From the NCBI GenBank assembly GCA_001600695.1, contig BCKQ01000014.1, positions 188,937-252,936 on the forward strand: a stretch of DNA of 64,000 nt, written 5' to 3'. The position numbers were made by a program, and so were the translations under genes. The first letter of the stretch is position 1. Each line of letters starts with the position of its first letter. Origin of the DNA: Ascoidea asiatica JCM 7603. Taxonomy: Eukaryota > Fungi > Ascomycota. Positions 33,987-44,600 of this stretch are shown here, one piece after another. The notes under the pieces are model-generated. The model was not told the origin of the DNA, made no database searches, and was given only the letters and a program-made list of their open reading frames with translations.

Positions 33987-35381
33987 ATGAAACTTTTATC
34001 ATTAATTTTAATAACATTTATAAGTTTAAATTTAATAAATGGTGGAATAATTAAATCAAATGAATTTAATAATAATCAATTTAAAAATGAAATTAAAGAA
34101 GTTAGAAATGGTGGTGATTTACCACATCAAAGAGCAAAATCAAGTTCAATAAATGCAATTAGAATTAATTCAAATTCAAATCAATTAATTAGAAATGATC
34201 TTAAAATAAATAAAAATATTCATGGTAAACCAATTAAAGATTCTATTAAAGATTCAATTGAAAATCCAATTGATAAAGAAATAAATAAAATTGAAAATAT
34301 TAGAAAAAAACATAAAGCAAAAATGGAACCATTAAATGATTATATGGAAAGTAAAGGTTTAAAAGTGAATAATAATGGAAATTCAAAATTAATATCAAAA
34401 TCATCATCTTCATTATTAATTAATAATGAACAATTACTTTTAGATAAAAAAGTAAATGAAGAAAAAAATTTAAATTCAATTTTCTCAATTTTTTCAATTT
34501 TTTTTTCAATTTTTATAATCTTAATTTCAAAAATTTCTGATAAATCATTTTTAATTATAATTATATTTACAATAAAATATTCATTAAATTATTCAAAAAT
34601 TTCAATTTTTTTTATATCTTTATTATCTTTATTTATTATAAATTTAATTTCTATAATTAATGGTAATTTTTTCATAAATTATTTATTTAATTTAAATAAA
34701 AATATAATAAAATTATTTATTGGAATATGTTTCTTTATTTTTAGTTTTAAATTATTTAAAGGAAAAAATTTAAATATTCATGAAGAAATTGAAAAAATTA
34801 AAGAAGAAATTGATCAAATTTCACTTCCAATTCTGAATAAAATTAATGAAAAAAGTCCAGAAAGTAAGAATAATGAAAAAATCTTAGATTTTGATTTAGA
34901 TTTAGATTTAAATTTAAATTCAAATTCAAATTCAAATTCAAATTCAAATTCAAATTTAGATTTACCTTTATTTAATAATGATAATAAAAATCAACATAAG
35001 AATACTTTTAAAAATTTGAAAAGTAATGTTAAAATCAATAATAAAAAAATTCATAAAATATTTAATAAATCAATTAATAAAGTTCAAGTATTTTCAAATA
35101 ATATTTTCTCACCAATGTTTATTCGAATTTTCATTACAATATTTTTATCAGAATGTGGAAATAAATCTCAAATTTCAATAACTTTAATGTCAGCAGAATT
35201 TAATTATAAAATCATATCTTTTGCAAGTATTATTGGTAATGTAATTTGTACATTAATAGCAGTATTTGGAGCTGATTATATCACAAAGAATATAAATTTA
35301 AGAAATGTTAATTTAATATCATCTTTTCTGTTTCTTATATTTGGATTAGTGTATTTATATAATGGAGTTTTTGATAATTAA
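33987..35381 (+). CDS. Gdt1/TMEM165 (UPF0016) family membrane protein with degenerate signature motifs
   Basis: Signal peptide, then two clusters of TM segments separated by a hydrophilic loop. KISDKSF and ECGNKSQIS sit at the positions of the two E-x-G-D-[KR]-[TS] motifs; GNVICTLIAVFGA matches the family C-terminal half. Confidence 0.75.
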   Translation: MKLLSLILITFISLNLINGGIIKSNEFNNNQFKNEIKEVRNGGDLPHQRAKSSSINAIRINSNSNQLIRNDLKINKNIHGKPIKDSIKDSIENPIDKEINKIENIRKKHKAKMEPLNDYMESKGLKVNNNGNSKLISKSSSSLLINNEQLLLDKKVNEEKNLNSIFSIFSIFFSIFIILISKISDKSFLIIIIFTIKYSLNYSKISIFFISLLSLFIINLISIINGNFFINYLFNLNKNIIKLFIGICFFIFSFKLFKGKNLNIHEEIEKIKEEIDQISLPILNKINEKSPESKNNEKILDFDLDLDLNLNSNSNSNSNSNSNLDLPLFNNDNKNQHKNTFKNLKSNVKINNKKIHKIFNKSINKVQVFSNNIFSPMFIRIFITIFLSECGNKSQISITLMSAEFNYKIISFASIIGNVICTLIAVFGADYITKNINLRNVNLISSFLFLIFGLVYLYNGVFDN

Positions 35382-35820
35382 AATAAAAAAAAAACTCAAA
35401 CGGGATAATGCATTATTGAGGACAATATTTGAAAATCTAGGTTAGGGCAAAGGACGTAAATAAACAGGACGTAAATACGGGACACTAAATTTAGGATGGC
35501 TGGACACAACTGACTCAAATTAAGGACAGTTGCACTAGATCCAGATTTGCGGATCTAAAACCGAGTTGAGATTGCTAACGCTTTGGGATTCGAGATTGAG
35601 ATTTTATACTGAACTTATAGATCAATAGTAACTAATAAACATAGTAATGATAATAATAAACTAATAAACTGATGTTTAATAAAGAACTAAATCTGATATT
35701 ATGAGATACCACTATTTTCTATTCAGATTTAATTCAATTGTATCTTATACCAATTAATATAAATCATTAATATGATATATTATTATAACTCATATCTATT
35801 ATTTAATTCCAATTCAAGAT

Positions 35821-38800
35821 ATGGGTGTTCATCATCTTTGGAATATTCTTAATCCTGCTGGAAGACCAGTAAAATTAGAAAGTTTATCAAATAAAATTTT
35901 AGCAATTGATGCTTCTATTTGGTTATATCAATTTTTAAAAGTTGTAATGAATAATAATGATAATGATAATAATTCAAATTTACCAAATTCTCATATTATT
36001 GGTTTTTTAAGAAGAATTTGTAAATTATTATATTTTGGTATAAAACCTGTATTTATATTTGATGGTGGTGCTCCAATTTTAAAAAAAAAAATTATTAATA
36101 AAAGAAAAGAAAAAAGAGAATTTGAAAAAGAAAATTTAAAAAAAACTGCAAAAAAATTATTTAATATTCAATTACAAAAACATGCTTTAAATAAATTAAA
36201 TAATAATAATATCACAGATAATAATACTGATAATAATACTGATAATAATAATAATATTGATAATAAGAAAAAAAAATATTCAAAACAAGATGAATATCAT
36301 TTACCAAATTTAAATCAAAATTCTTTTCAATATAATAAATCTGATCAAAGATTAATGTCTCAAAATGAATATGATGAATTTATAACAATATTTAAATCCG
36401 ATTTAGATTTAAATAAAATTGATTTAAATAATATTGATCCATCTTCTTCAAATTTTAATAATTTATCATTATCTGATCAATATATGATTTTATGGCAACT
36501 TAGATTAAAATCAAGATTAAGAATGGGTTATTCAAAAAACCAATTACAAAAATTTTTTCCAAATTCAATGGATTTTTCAAAATATCAAATTCAAATGGTT
36601 AAAAGAAGAAATTATTTTACTCAAAAATTAATGAAAGTTTCTGGTATGGATAAAAATGCAGGAATTATAAAAATTGATGGTAGAATTTCAAATGAAAAAA
36701 ATAAATCTTATTTTTTACAAAAAAATAAAACTGGTTGGACTTTGGATTTTAATAATAATAACAAATTAAATAATGATAATATAAAAAATCCAATATTAAT
36801 TGAAGATTCTTATAATCATTATTCCTCCGATAATAACTCCGATGATGATTCAAATGATGAAGATAATGTTCAATTTATAAAACATAGTTTTATTCAACCA
36901 ACAACAAAAAAAAATATATCAAAAAAGAAAATCATTGATAATGATGATGATGATGAAAAAATAAAAGAAAAACTTCAAAAAGAAAATATAAAATTAAAAC
37001 AAAATGAAATACAAAATGAAATACAAAATGAAGTAAAAAATGAAGTACTAAAAGATAATGAAGACTACGATGAAGATGAGGATGATGACTCGGATTTTGA
37101 AGATGTACCTTTAGATGTCGCTCCAATTGAAAAAGTTAAAGAAAATTATTCTTTAAATGCAATGCCATTACCTCCAATGAATGAAGAATTATCAAGAATC
37201 TTACACCTTAAATATGATCCAAATAATCCAGGAAGTGAAGAAAGAAGTTTTTTATTTAATACAAGAGATTCAAAATCTGATATAGAAGAGGAAGAAGATG
37301 AAGAAGATGGCGATGAATTCGAAAATATTATTAATATTGATTCGGATAATGAAAATGGAAATAAAAATAAAAATAAAAATAAAATTGATGAAAACAATCT
37401 TCAATCTGCTTTATTTGAATCAATAAAACAACAAAATTTAAATGATAATAAAATCATAGAATCTGAATTAAAAAAATCAAAATTTGAAGCTGAAAAATTT
37501 GATGAAATTCAATTAAAAAAAGCAATTGAAGAATCTAAAAATGAATTATATCAATTAAGAAAACAACAAGAAGATTTATTTGATAATGATGATAATGATG
37601 ATGATGAAATGCCTATTGAGTTTAGTTTACCTGAATTTATAACTAATAATGAAACTGAAAATGAAAATGAAAATGAAAATGGTAATGGAAAAGAAAAAGA
37701 AAAAGAAAAAGAAAAGGAAATAAATAATCTCCCTTTGTATAATAATTCAACTGGTCAAGTTTTTAACTTTAACAATCTTTCTTTTAGTGAATCTATTTTA
37801 TTTGGTGGTGGTAAGAAAAAAGATTCAATAAGAGCTTTAGATAAAATTGAAGAAGAAAATAATAACAAGAAGCTTGAAAAGACAAATGATTTCGATGATA
37901 AAGGATCATCTGAATTCTCTGATGATGAAATAAATGAAAAAAATTTAGAAAGTAAAGAAAATGAACCAGAAAAAGAAAAAAAGAAGAAAAAAATTGTAGA
38001 AGCTCCATCTTGGTTTCAAAACTCTCATATTTCAAGTGGTAGTCCAGAAAATAAAAGGGAAAATAAAAGGTTAAAACCTTTTGAATCTTTTAATGAAATA
38101 GCACAAAAATCAAATCAATTACATGAAATTTCAGATAATATTCTTAATAATAGACCTGATAAAAATGTAGGTAATGAAACAATGGAAGTTTTAGTTCCAT
38201 ATAGTGAAGCTAGAGATATTGTTGAAGGAAAAAAAAATAAAAGTCGAAAATTACTATCAAATAATGATCAGAATAATGAATCGTTAGAAGAAGAAAGTGA
38301 TGAGGATTCTATGGTTCAAGTTGTTGAAACTGTTCATAATCTTGATTCTGATGAAAGCGATGATGATGTTATAGTTCTTGATCATTTCAATTCTTTGACT
38401 ACAAAGGACAAAATCAGCCATTTAGTAAATAGTCCTGCAAAACCATTAATAATAAATGATGAAAAGAATAGCGAAACAAAAAATAAAGTTAAGGAAAAGG
38501 CAAATTCTTTTGAAGTTTTAGATTCCATTAAAAAAGGAGGCCCTGATAGTAATTCAGATTCAAAGGATACTAATAATGAAGTTGAAATAATGACTGGAAT
38601 GTGGACTAATGGACCAATGACTCCAAAAAAAAATACAGAAAAAAGTTCCCAGAACTCTCCTTGGTCTAATCGAAATGCAAGTATAATAACTCCTCGAAGG
38701 ACTCCAATAAGAAATTCTCAAAGAACTTTTTCAAGAACTCCTTCGAGAACTCCTTTAAGAACTCCATTAAAAATTTCAGGAAAAACACCCACTTCAGATT

Positions 38801-39984
38801 TAAGAGGAAGTCCATTGAAAAATGATGCTTCCAAATCTCCAAAAAAGAATCAAGGTACAAAAGAAATATTTCAATATGAATTTTCTGAAGATGAAGACGA
38901 AATTGCCAAACAGTTAGAACAAGAGGCCGAAGAGTATGATCGATTTTCTAATGAAATTAATAATTTAAACTCTAATTCTCTAAATGAATCTCAGAAGAAC
39001 GAAGATATGCAAAAGAGATATAAGGATTTAATAAATCAAGAAGGTATTTTGAGGAAACAGAAAACTCAACAATCAAGAGATGCAGATGAGGTAACAAGAA
39101 CAATGATTTTAGATGTTCAAGAATTGTTACGTCGTTTTGGAATCCCTTATTTGGTTGCTCCAATGGAAGCAGAAGCTCAATGCGCAGAATTGTTTAAATT
39201 GAATTTAGTTGATGGTATAATTACAGATGATTCTGATGTTTTTTTATTTGGAGGTAATAATATCTATAGAAATTTTTTCAATAATAAGAAATATGTTGAA
39301 TATTTTAGTTTGGAAAATATTGTCAAAAAAATTGGAATTAATCAAAATAAATTGATTGAGCTAGCTATGTTATTAGGAAGTGATTACACAGAAGGTATCA
39401 AAGGTGTTGGTCCTGTTAATGCAATTGAAATATTAGCAAATTTTGACAATTTGACTGAATTTAAAAACTGGTTTACATCAACTGTTAAAAATCCCGAGCA
39501 ATTAACTCCTAAGAAAAATAAAAGAAAAAGAAAAAGTCAAGAAAATTTCGAATCAGATGAAGATGAGGATAGTAAAGAAAAACTGAAATTCAAGAAAAAA
39601 ATATTCAAGAAATTAATTAATAGTGAAACAGTATTAGATGATAATTTCCCTGATTTCAATGTTTATGAGGCTTATAATAAACCAGAAGTTGATAGTGAAA
39701 AGACTCCATTTGTTTGGGGAGTTCCATTCTTGGAAAGTTTAAGAGAATTTCTTGAAATCAAAATAAGTGGATGGGATAGAAAAAGAATTGATGAAATTTT
39801 AATACCAGTTATAAAAGAAATGAATTCTAAAAAACGAAAACAAAAACAAATTGATCAGTTTTTTAGTAGAGATGAAGTTGATAGTAATTTATTGGAGAGT
39901 AATAGTAAAAGAATAAATGAAGCAAGGAAAATGTTAGTTAATAAAAAAAGAAAACTTTCTAAGAAAGGAAATAAAAAAAAGTGA
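35821..39984 (+). CDS. RAD2: XPG-family nucleotide excision repair endonuclease
   Basis: MGVHHLW...AIDASIWLYQF, PVFIFDG, APMEAEAQCAEL, ITDDSDVFLFGG, LLGSDYTEGIKGVG; long spacer between the N and I regions; PIP-like QKQIDQFF. Confidence 0.96.
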   Translation: MGVHHLWNILNPAGRPVKLESLSNKILAIDASIWLYQFLKVVMNNNDNDNNSNLPNSHIIGFLRRICKLLYFGIKPVFIFDGGAPILKKKIINKRKEKREFEKENLKKTAKKLFNIQLQKHALNKLNNNNITDNNTDNNTDNNNNIDNKKKKYSKQDEYHLPNLNQNSFQYNKSDQRLMSQNEYDEFITIFKSDLDLNKIDLNNIDPSSSNFNNLSLSDQYMILWQLRLKSRLRMGYSKNQLQKFFPNSMDFSKYQIQMVKRRNYFTQKLMKVSGMDKNAGIIKIDGRISNEKNKSYFLQKNKTGWTLDFNNNNKLNNDNIKNPILIEDSYNHYSSDNNSDDDSNDEDNVQFIKHSFIQPTTKKNISKKKIIDNDDDDEKIKEKLQKENIKLKQNEIQNEIQNEVKNEVLKDNEDYDEDEDDDSDFEDVPLDVAPIEKVKENYSLNAMPLPPMNEELSRILHLKYDPNNPGSEERSFLFNTRDSKSDIEEEEDEEDGDEFENIINIDSDNENGNKNKNKNKIDENNLQSALFESIKQQNLNDNKIIESELKKSKFEAEKFDEIQLKKAIEESKNELYQLRKQQEDLFDNDDNDDDEMPIEFSLPEFITNNETENENENENGNGKEKEKEKEKEINNLPLYNNSTGQVFNFNNLSFSESILFGGGKKKDSIRALDKIEEENNNKKLEKTNDFDDKGSSEFSDDEINEKNLESKENEPEKEKKKKKIVEAPSWFQNSHISSGSPENKRENKRLKPFESFNEIAQKSNQLHEISDNILNNRPDKNVGNETMEVLVPYSEARDIVEGKKNKSRKLLSNNDQNNESLEEESDEDSMVQVVETVHNLDSDESDDDVIVLDHFNSLTTKDKISHLVNSPAKPLIINDEKNSETKNKVKEKANSFEVLDSIKKGGPDSNSDSKDTNNEVEIMTGMWTNGPMTPKKNTEKSSQNSPWSNRNASIITPRRTPIRNSQRTFSRTPSRTPLRTPLKISGKTPTSDLRGSPLKNDASKSPKKNQGTKEIFQYEFSEDEDEIAKQLEQEAEEYDRFSNEINNLNSNSLNESQKNEDMQKRYKDLINQEGILRKQKTQQSRDADEVTRTMILDVQELLRRFGIPYLVAPMEAEAQCAELFKLNLVDGIITDDSDVFLFGGNNIYRNFFNNKKYVEYFSLENIVKKIGINQNKLIELAMLLGSDYTEGIKGVGPVNAIEILANFDNLTEFKNWFTSTVKNPEQLTPKKNKRKRKSQENFESDEDEDSKEKLKFKKKIFKKLINSETVLDDNFPDFNVYEAYNKPEVDSEKTPFVWGVPFLESLREFLEIKISGWDRKRIDEILIPVIKEMNSKKRKQKQIDQFFSRDEVDSNLLESNSKRINEARKMLVNKKRKLSKKGNKKK

Positions 39985-40233
39985 TGATGAATGGTAAAGC
40001 TAGTTTCGCTGGAAGTTTCAATAAATAACTTGATTCAAAAAATTTTATTGGACAATAATTATGTCGCTGATAAATATGGACTGTATAACTCGTGGAGTTG
40101 TTTTAATTTAGAAAATTTATGTCTATTAAATTTTAATTTTACTTATTTTATGTAGTATATTTAATTATATTTTATAATTTTTTTCAATTTTTAATATTAT
40201 TTTCTATAGATAAAGAATATTTTAAAGAATTAA

Positions 40234-42381
40234 TTATAATTTTGATTTAACCCAGCCTTCTAAACCACCTTTAACAATTATTTCTTGTAAATTAGTACCT
40301 AATTCACCAACTTTTTCAGTTAATATTATATTATTATTTTCATCTTTAACTATAACAGTTGCATTTGCAACATCCCAAGTTAATTTCCAGCCTGTTCTTA
40401 TTGTTAATTTTTTATCACTTTCTGGAATTTTAGAATATTTTTCTCTTAATAATTTAATTAATTTTGGTACTTCTAAAAGTAATAAAGCATTATTAATTGA
40501 ATTTCTAAAATAAGTATTACTAAAAGAACCACAAACTACAACTTTTATATCTTTAGCTAAAATTGCAGTTGCAGCTTGTTCTCTTGAAGAACCTGTACCA
40601 AAATTAAAACCAGAAACAATTATATCACCTTTCTTTGCAATACTTTTAAAATCAGGATCATAATTTTCCATACAAACCTCTGCCATTTTTTCTTTTGGTA
40701 TATCATCTTGATAAGTATATTTACCAGGATAAATACCATCAGTATTCAAATTATCAGTATCACAAAATATTAATTCACCTTGAAATTGTTTTGGGAATTC
40801 ATCTAAAACCTCAACAGCAGGAGTGGAATTATTAGAAGTAGAAGTTATTGATTCTTTTGGTAATTCATTTTTAATTATTGAAATTTTAATATCATCAGGA
40901 TTTGGAATTTCTTTACCTAATAATTCATCAGGACTTGCAATTTTACCTAAAACAGCAGAAGCAGCAACAATTTCAGGAGAAGCTAAATAAGCTTTTGCAG
41001 AAGGAGAACCCATTCTACCTTTAAAATTTCTATTAGTTGCAGATATACCAATTTCACCATCTTTTAATAAACCTGCACCTAAACCAATACATGGACCACA
41101 ACCTGCAGGTAATGGAATTGCGCCAGAATCTAATAAAGTTTTCCAAGCACCATCAATTTCAGCATCATTTTGAACATCTTTTGAAGCAGCAGCTACATAA
41201 AATTCAACATCTTTTGAAATTTTATTACCTTTAATAATATTTGCAGCAGCTTTAATATCAGATAATCTTGAATTTGTACAAGATAAAAGATAAGCTTTAT
41301 TAACTTTTAAATTTTTTTTTGATAAATCATAAATTGAATTTGAAATTTTTACAGAATTTGGACCAGAAATATTTGGAGATAATGAATTTAAATTAAGAGT
41401 TAAAGTTTTATTATAAAAAGCATCATTATCAGGTTTCATTTCATTTGAATTTGCTAAAGATTTAAGTTGATTAATTGTATTTGGATTAATTCTTTTATGA
41501 ATTATATTATTTTTATTTAATTTTTTTGATCTATTATTATAATAATCAATTGTTTTTTCATCAACAGGAAAAACACCAGATAATGCACCCCATTCTGTAG
41601 TCATATTTGAAATTGTTAATCTATAATCAATTGGTAATTTATTTAAATTTTCAACTTGAAATTCAATTGCATGATTCAAAACTTCATCATTATTAAAAAT
41701 TCCACATAATGAAATTATAATATCTTTACCAGTTATATTATTTGGTAAATTACCCTTTAATATAACTTTTGCAACAGGTGGAATTTGATACCAAGTTTGA
41801 CCAGTTGCCCAAATTGAAGCAGCATCAGTTCTAACAATTGGAGTACCATAAGCACCTATACCACCATAAGTATTTGAATGAGAATCACTTGCAACACAAA
41901 AAGTATATGGAAATGCATAACCTTGTTCAATCATAATTTGATGACCAATACCAGTACCAGCAGGATAAAAATCTATATTATTTTCATTTGCAAAATTTTT
42001 AATATTATTATATTTTTTTAAATTTTTTTCAGATTTATTTTGAACATCATGATCTAAAGTCATAATAATTTGATTATTATTTTTAATTTTTGTTGCACCT
42101 AATTTTTTAAATTTTAAAGCAACTGGCCATGTATTATCATGAGTCATACAATGAGCAGGTTTTATTGTAACATAATCTCCAGAATATATTTTTTTACCTT
42201 TTGGTAAATTTACAGAATATTTTTGAACTAATTTTTCAATTAAATTTTGTCCTCTATTGAATGATATTGAAGATGAAAAAAATCTTGAATTTGATCTTGA
42301 TCTCAAATTTAATATTGATATTGATTTAGAGTTATTCAATATTGAATTATTAAAGGATGTTCTCCTTAATGAGGAAAGCAT
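40234..42381 (-). CDS. LYS4: Mitochondrial homoaconitase
   Basis: Presequence followed by [61 protein letters not shown]. Confidence 0.96.
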   Translation of the reverse strand: MLSSLRRTSFNNSILNNSKSISILNLRSRSNSRFFSSSISFNRGQNLIEKLVQKYSVNLPKGKKIYSGDYVTIKPAHCMTHDNTWPVALKFKKLGATKIKNNNQIIMTLDHDVQNKSEKNLKKYNNIKNFANENNIDFYPAGTGIGHQIMIEQGYAFPYTFCVASDSHSNTYGGIGAYGTPIVRTDAASIWATGQTWYQIPPVAKVILKGNLPNNITGKDIIISLCGIFNNDEVLNHAIEFQVENLNKLPIDYRLTISNMTTEWGALSGVFPVDEKTIDYYNNRSKKLNKNNIIHKRINPNTINQLKSLANSNEMKPDNDAFYNKTLTLNLNSLSPNISGPNSVKISNSIYDLSKKNLKVNKAYLLSCTNSRLSDIKAAANIIKGNKISKDVEFYVAAASKDVQNDAEIDGAWKTLLDSGAIPLPAGCGPCIGLGAGLLKDGEIGISATNRNFKGRMGSPSAKAYLASPEIVAASAVLGKIASPDELLGKEIPNPDDIKISIIKNELPKESITSTSNNSTPAVEVLDEFPKQFQGELIFCDTDNLNTDGIYPGKYTYQDDIPKEKMAEVCMENYDPDFKSIAKKGDIIVSGFNFGTGSSREQAATAILAKDIKVVVCGSFSNTYFRNSINNALLLLEVPKLIKLLREKYSKIPESDKKLTIRTGWKLTWDVANATVIVKDENNNIILTEKVGELGTNLQEIIVKGGLEGWVKSKL

Positions 42382-42557
42382 TTTGAATATAAAAAAAAAA
42401 AAGAGAATCTATATAATATCTATTTCTATATCTATATATCTATCATGAAATAATTATAGATTATAATAACTTTCATTTACATTAATTAACCCTTTTTAAA
42501 TTGAAATTGAAATAAAATAAAGGTTTATTTGATCAATGAGTGAAAAAGATGAAAATT

Positions 42558-42564
42558 TGACTCA
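42558..42564. promoter_or_regulatory. Gcn4-type site upstream of LYS4
   Basis: TGACTCA about 177 bp upstream of the LYS4 ATG. Confidence 0.55.
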
Positions 42565-43273
42565 CTGCCAAATTTCGAAGAGTGATAAACTTTAAAAACG
42601 GAAGTCAAAAGCCAAAACAAAACAAAACCAATGAAACGGATCCCATTGCAAATAGCACCGCCACAAATAAAAGATCCACAGAATTGGTATTATTAAAGTT
42701 TAAATACCAACTACAGTTAACAGCATGATTTATGCAGAAACAAACAATAAATCCTCAATCAAAAATGGAAATAAAAATGGTGGGATGCCCCCCGAAATTA
42801 TTGACATCCGGGATTATTATCACCTGACTGAACTTCCTTCTTTTTCTTTTTGTCTTTGTTTAGTTCTCTCCTTGCAACAATCAGCACAACAAACATAGTT
42901 CTCAGCTACAGTAACGTTAACAGCAACAGCTATTTCTGTATTTACCGTCAATTCTTCTCTTCTCTTAGCTCTAGCTGAGAGCGCGCGGATAGCCCTGTGT
43001 TGTCTTACCCTTTTCTCACTTCCCTTTTATTTAAACTATCATTCTCCAGACTCAATTACTTAGTACTAACATCACTCATTCAGTAACAATAAACAAAATA
43101 TTCAATATTAAATAACCATCTCATCAATTTTAATATCAATTACATTATATTTAAATTGTATATTTAATTCAATTCAATTCAATTAATCAATTTCAATTAG
43201 ATTTAATTAATTTTAAAATCAATCCAAATTTAATATTAAATATTTCTCATATATATAAACTTATCCCTTTACA

Positions 43274-43373
43274 ATGGTATGTGTTATTTATTTATTGCTT
43301 TATATATTATCTATTGCCCTTTATTTTGACAACTGTTCTTCAATTTAGGGGCAATTATCATATTTCAATCATG

Positions 43374-43411
<38 letters not shown>

Positions 43412-44071
43412 TTATATGTCAATAGATATCAATAGATAAATATACATATATATATATAATTATATTTATTTTTCATTTACTAACAATTATATCATATTCT
43501 TCAATATCCTTTGTTGATTTATATTCTTTATATTTTCATATTATAGTCAAGATCTGGGTACGTATTAAATATCAATTATAAATAATGAATAACCAATAAC
43601 TGATAAATAAACTTATTTCAATTACTAACATTATTAAATTTATATCATTTCAGTGTCACTCTCGATGATAATGCTTTAAATGCATATAATGAATTAAAAT
43701 TAGGTAAAAAATTTAAATTTATTATTTTTACAATAAATGATGATAAAACAAAAATTATTGTTAAAGAAACTTCAAATGAAAAAGATTATGATAAATTTTT
43801 AGAACATTTACCTGAAAATGATTGTAGATATGCAATTTATGATTTTGAATATGATTTAGGTAATAATGAAGGTAAAAGATCAAAATTAATTTTTTATACT
43901 TGGTCTCCAGATTCTTCAAAAATTAGAACTAAAATGGTTTTTGCTTCTTCAAAAGATGCTTTAAGAAGAGCTTTAAATGGTATTGCTGCTGATATTCAAG
44001 GTACTGATTTTAGTGAAGTTGCTTATGAAACTGTTTTAGAAAAAGTTAGTCGTGGTGCTGGTAATCATTAA
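43274..44071 (+). CDS. COF1: Cofilin, 143 aa; join(43274..43276,43547..43557,43654..44071)
   Basis: Intron 1 is 43277-43546 (GTATGT, TACTAAC 43478-43484, TAG). Intron 2 is 43558-43653 (GTACGT, TACTAAC 43623-43629, CAG). The spliced 432 nt gives MSRSGVTLDD...[15 protein letters not shown]...WSPD...[17 protein letters not shown]...SRGAGNH*. Confidence 0.96.
43377..43409. repeat. (TA)n microsatellite in COF1 intron 1
   Basis: About 16 TA units. Confidence 0.85.
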
Positions 44072-44216
44072 TTAATCCATTAATTTACTCATTACTCATT
44101 AATTATCAATTATTACTTATTTATCTTTTATATATTTCTACAATTTATTAGTTATTTAATAATTTATCTATAAATTAATTAATTTATTTACTTATTTTAT
44201 CTACTTACTTATTTCT

Positions 44217-44566
44217 TTAATAACTATCTTTAATATGTTGTAAATTTTCTTCCATAACTGAAAGTGCTTTTGAAAAATTATTAATCATTAAACTTAAATC
44301 TCCAATTAAATTATCTTTTGGAAATAAATCAATGAATGAACTTGAATTTAATTTTGGAATCATTGGAAATTCTCCAATTGGTAATTCAATAAAATTATTT
44401 TCTTCTTTATTATTAACATTAATATTTAATGCATTATTCTCATTTCCATTTATTTCATTATCATTATCATTATAATTAGGGTTAAAATTAACATTATCAT
44501 TATCAATTCCTTTATCACCATTATCTTTTTCATTATTAATATTATTATTATTTGTAATAATGCCTG

Positions 44567-44600
<34 letters not shown>

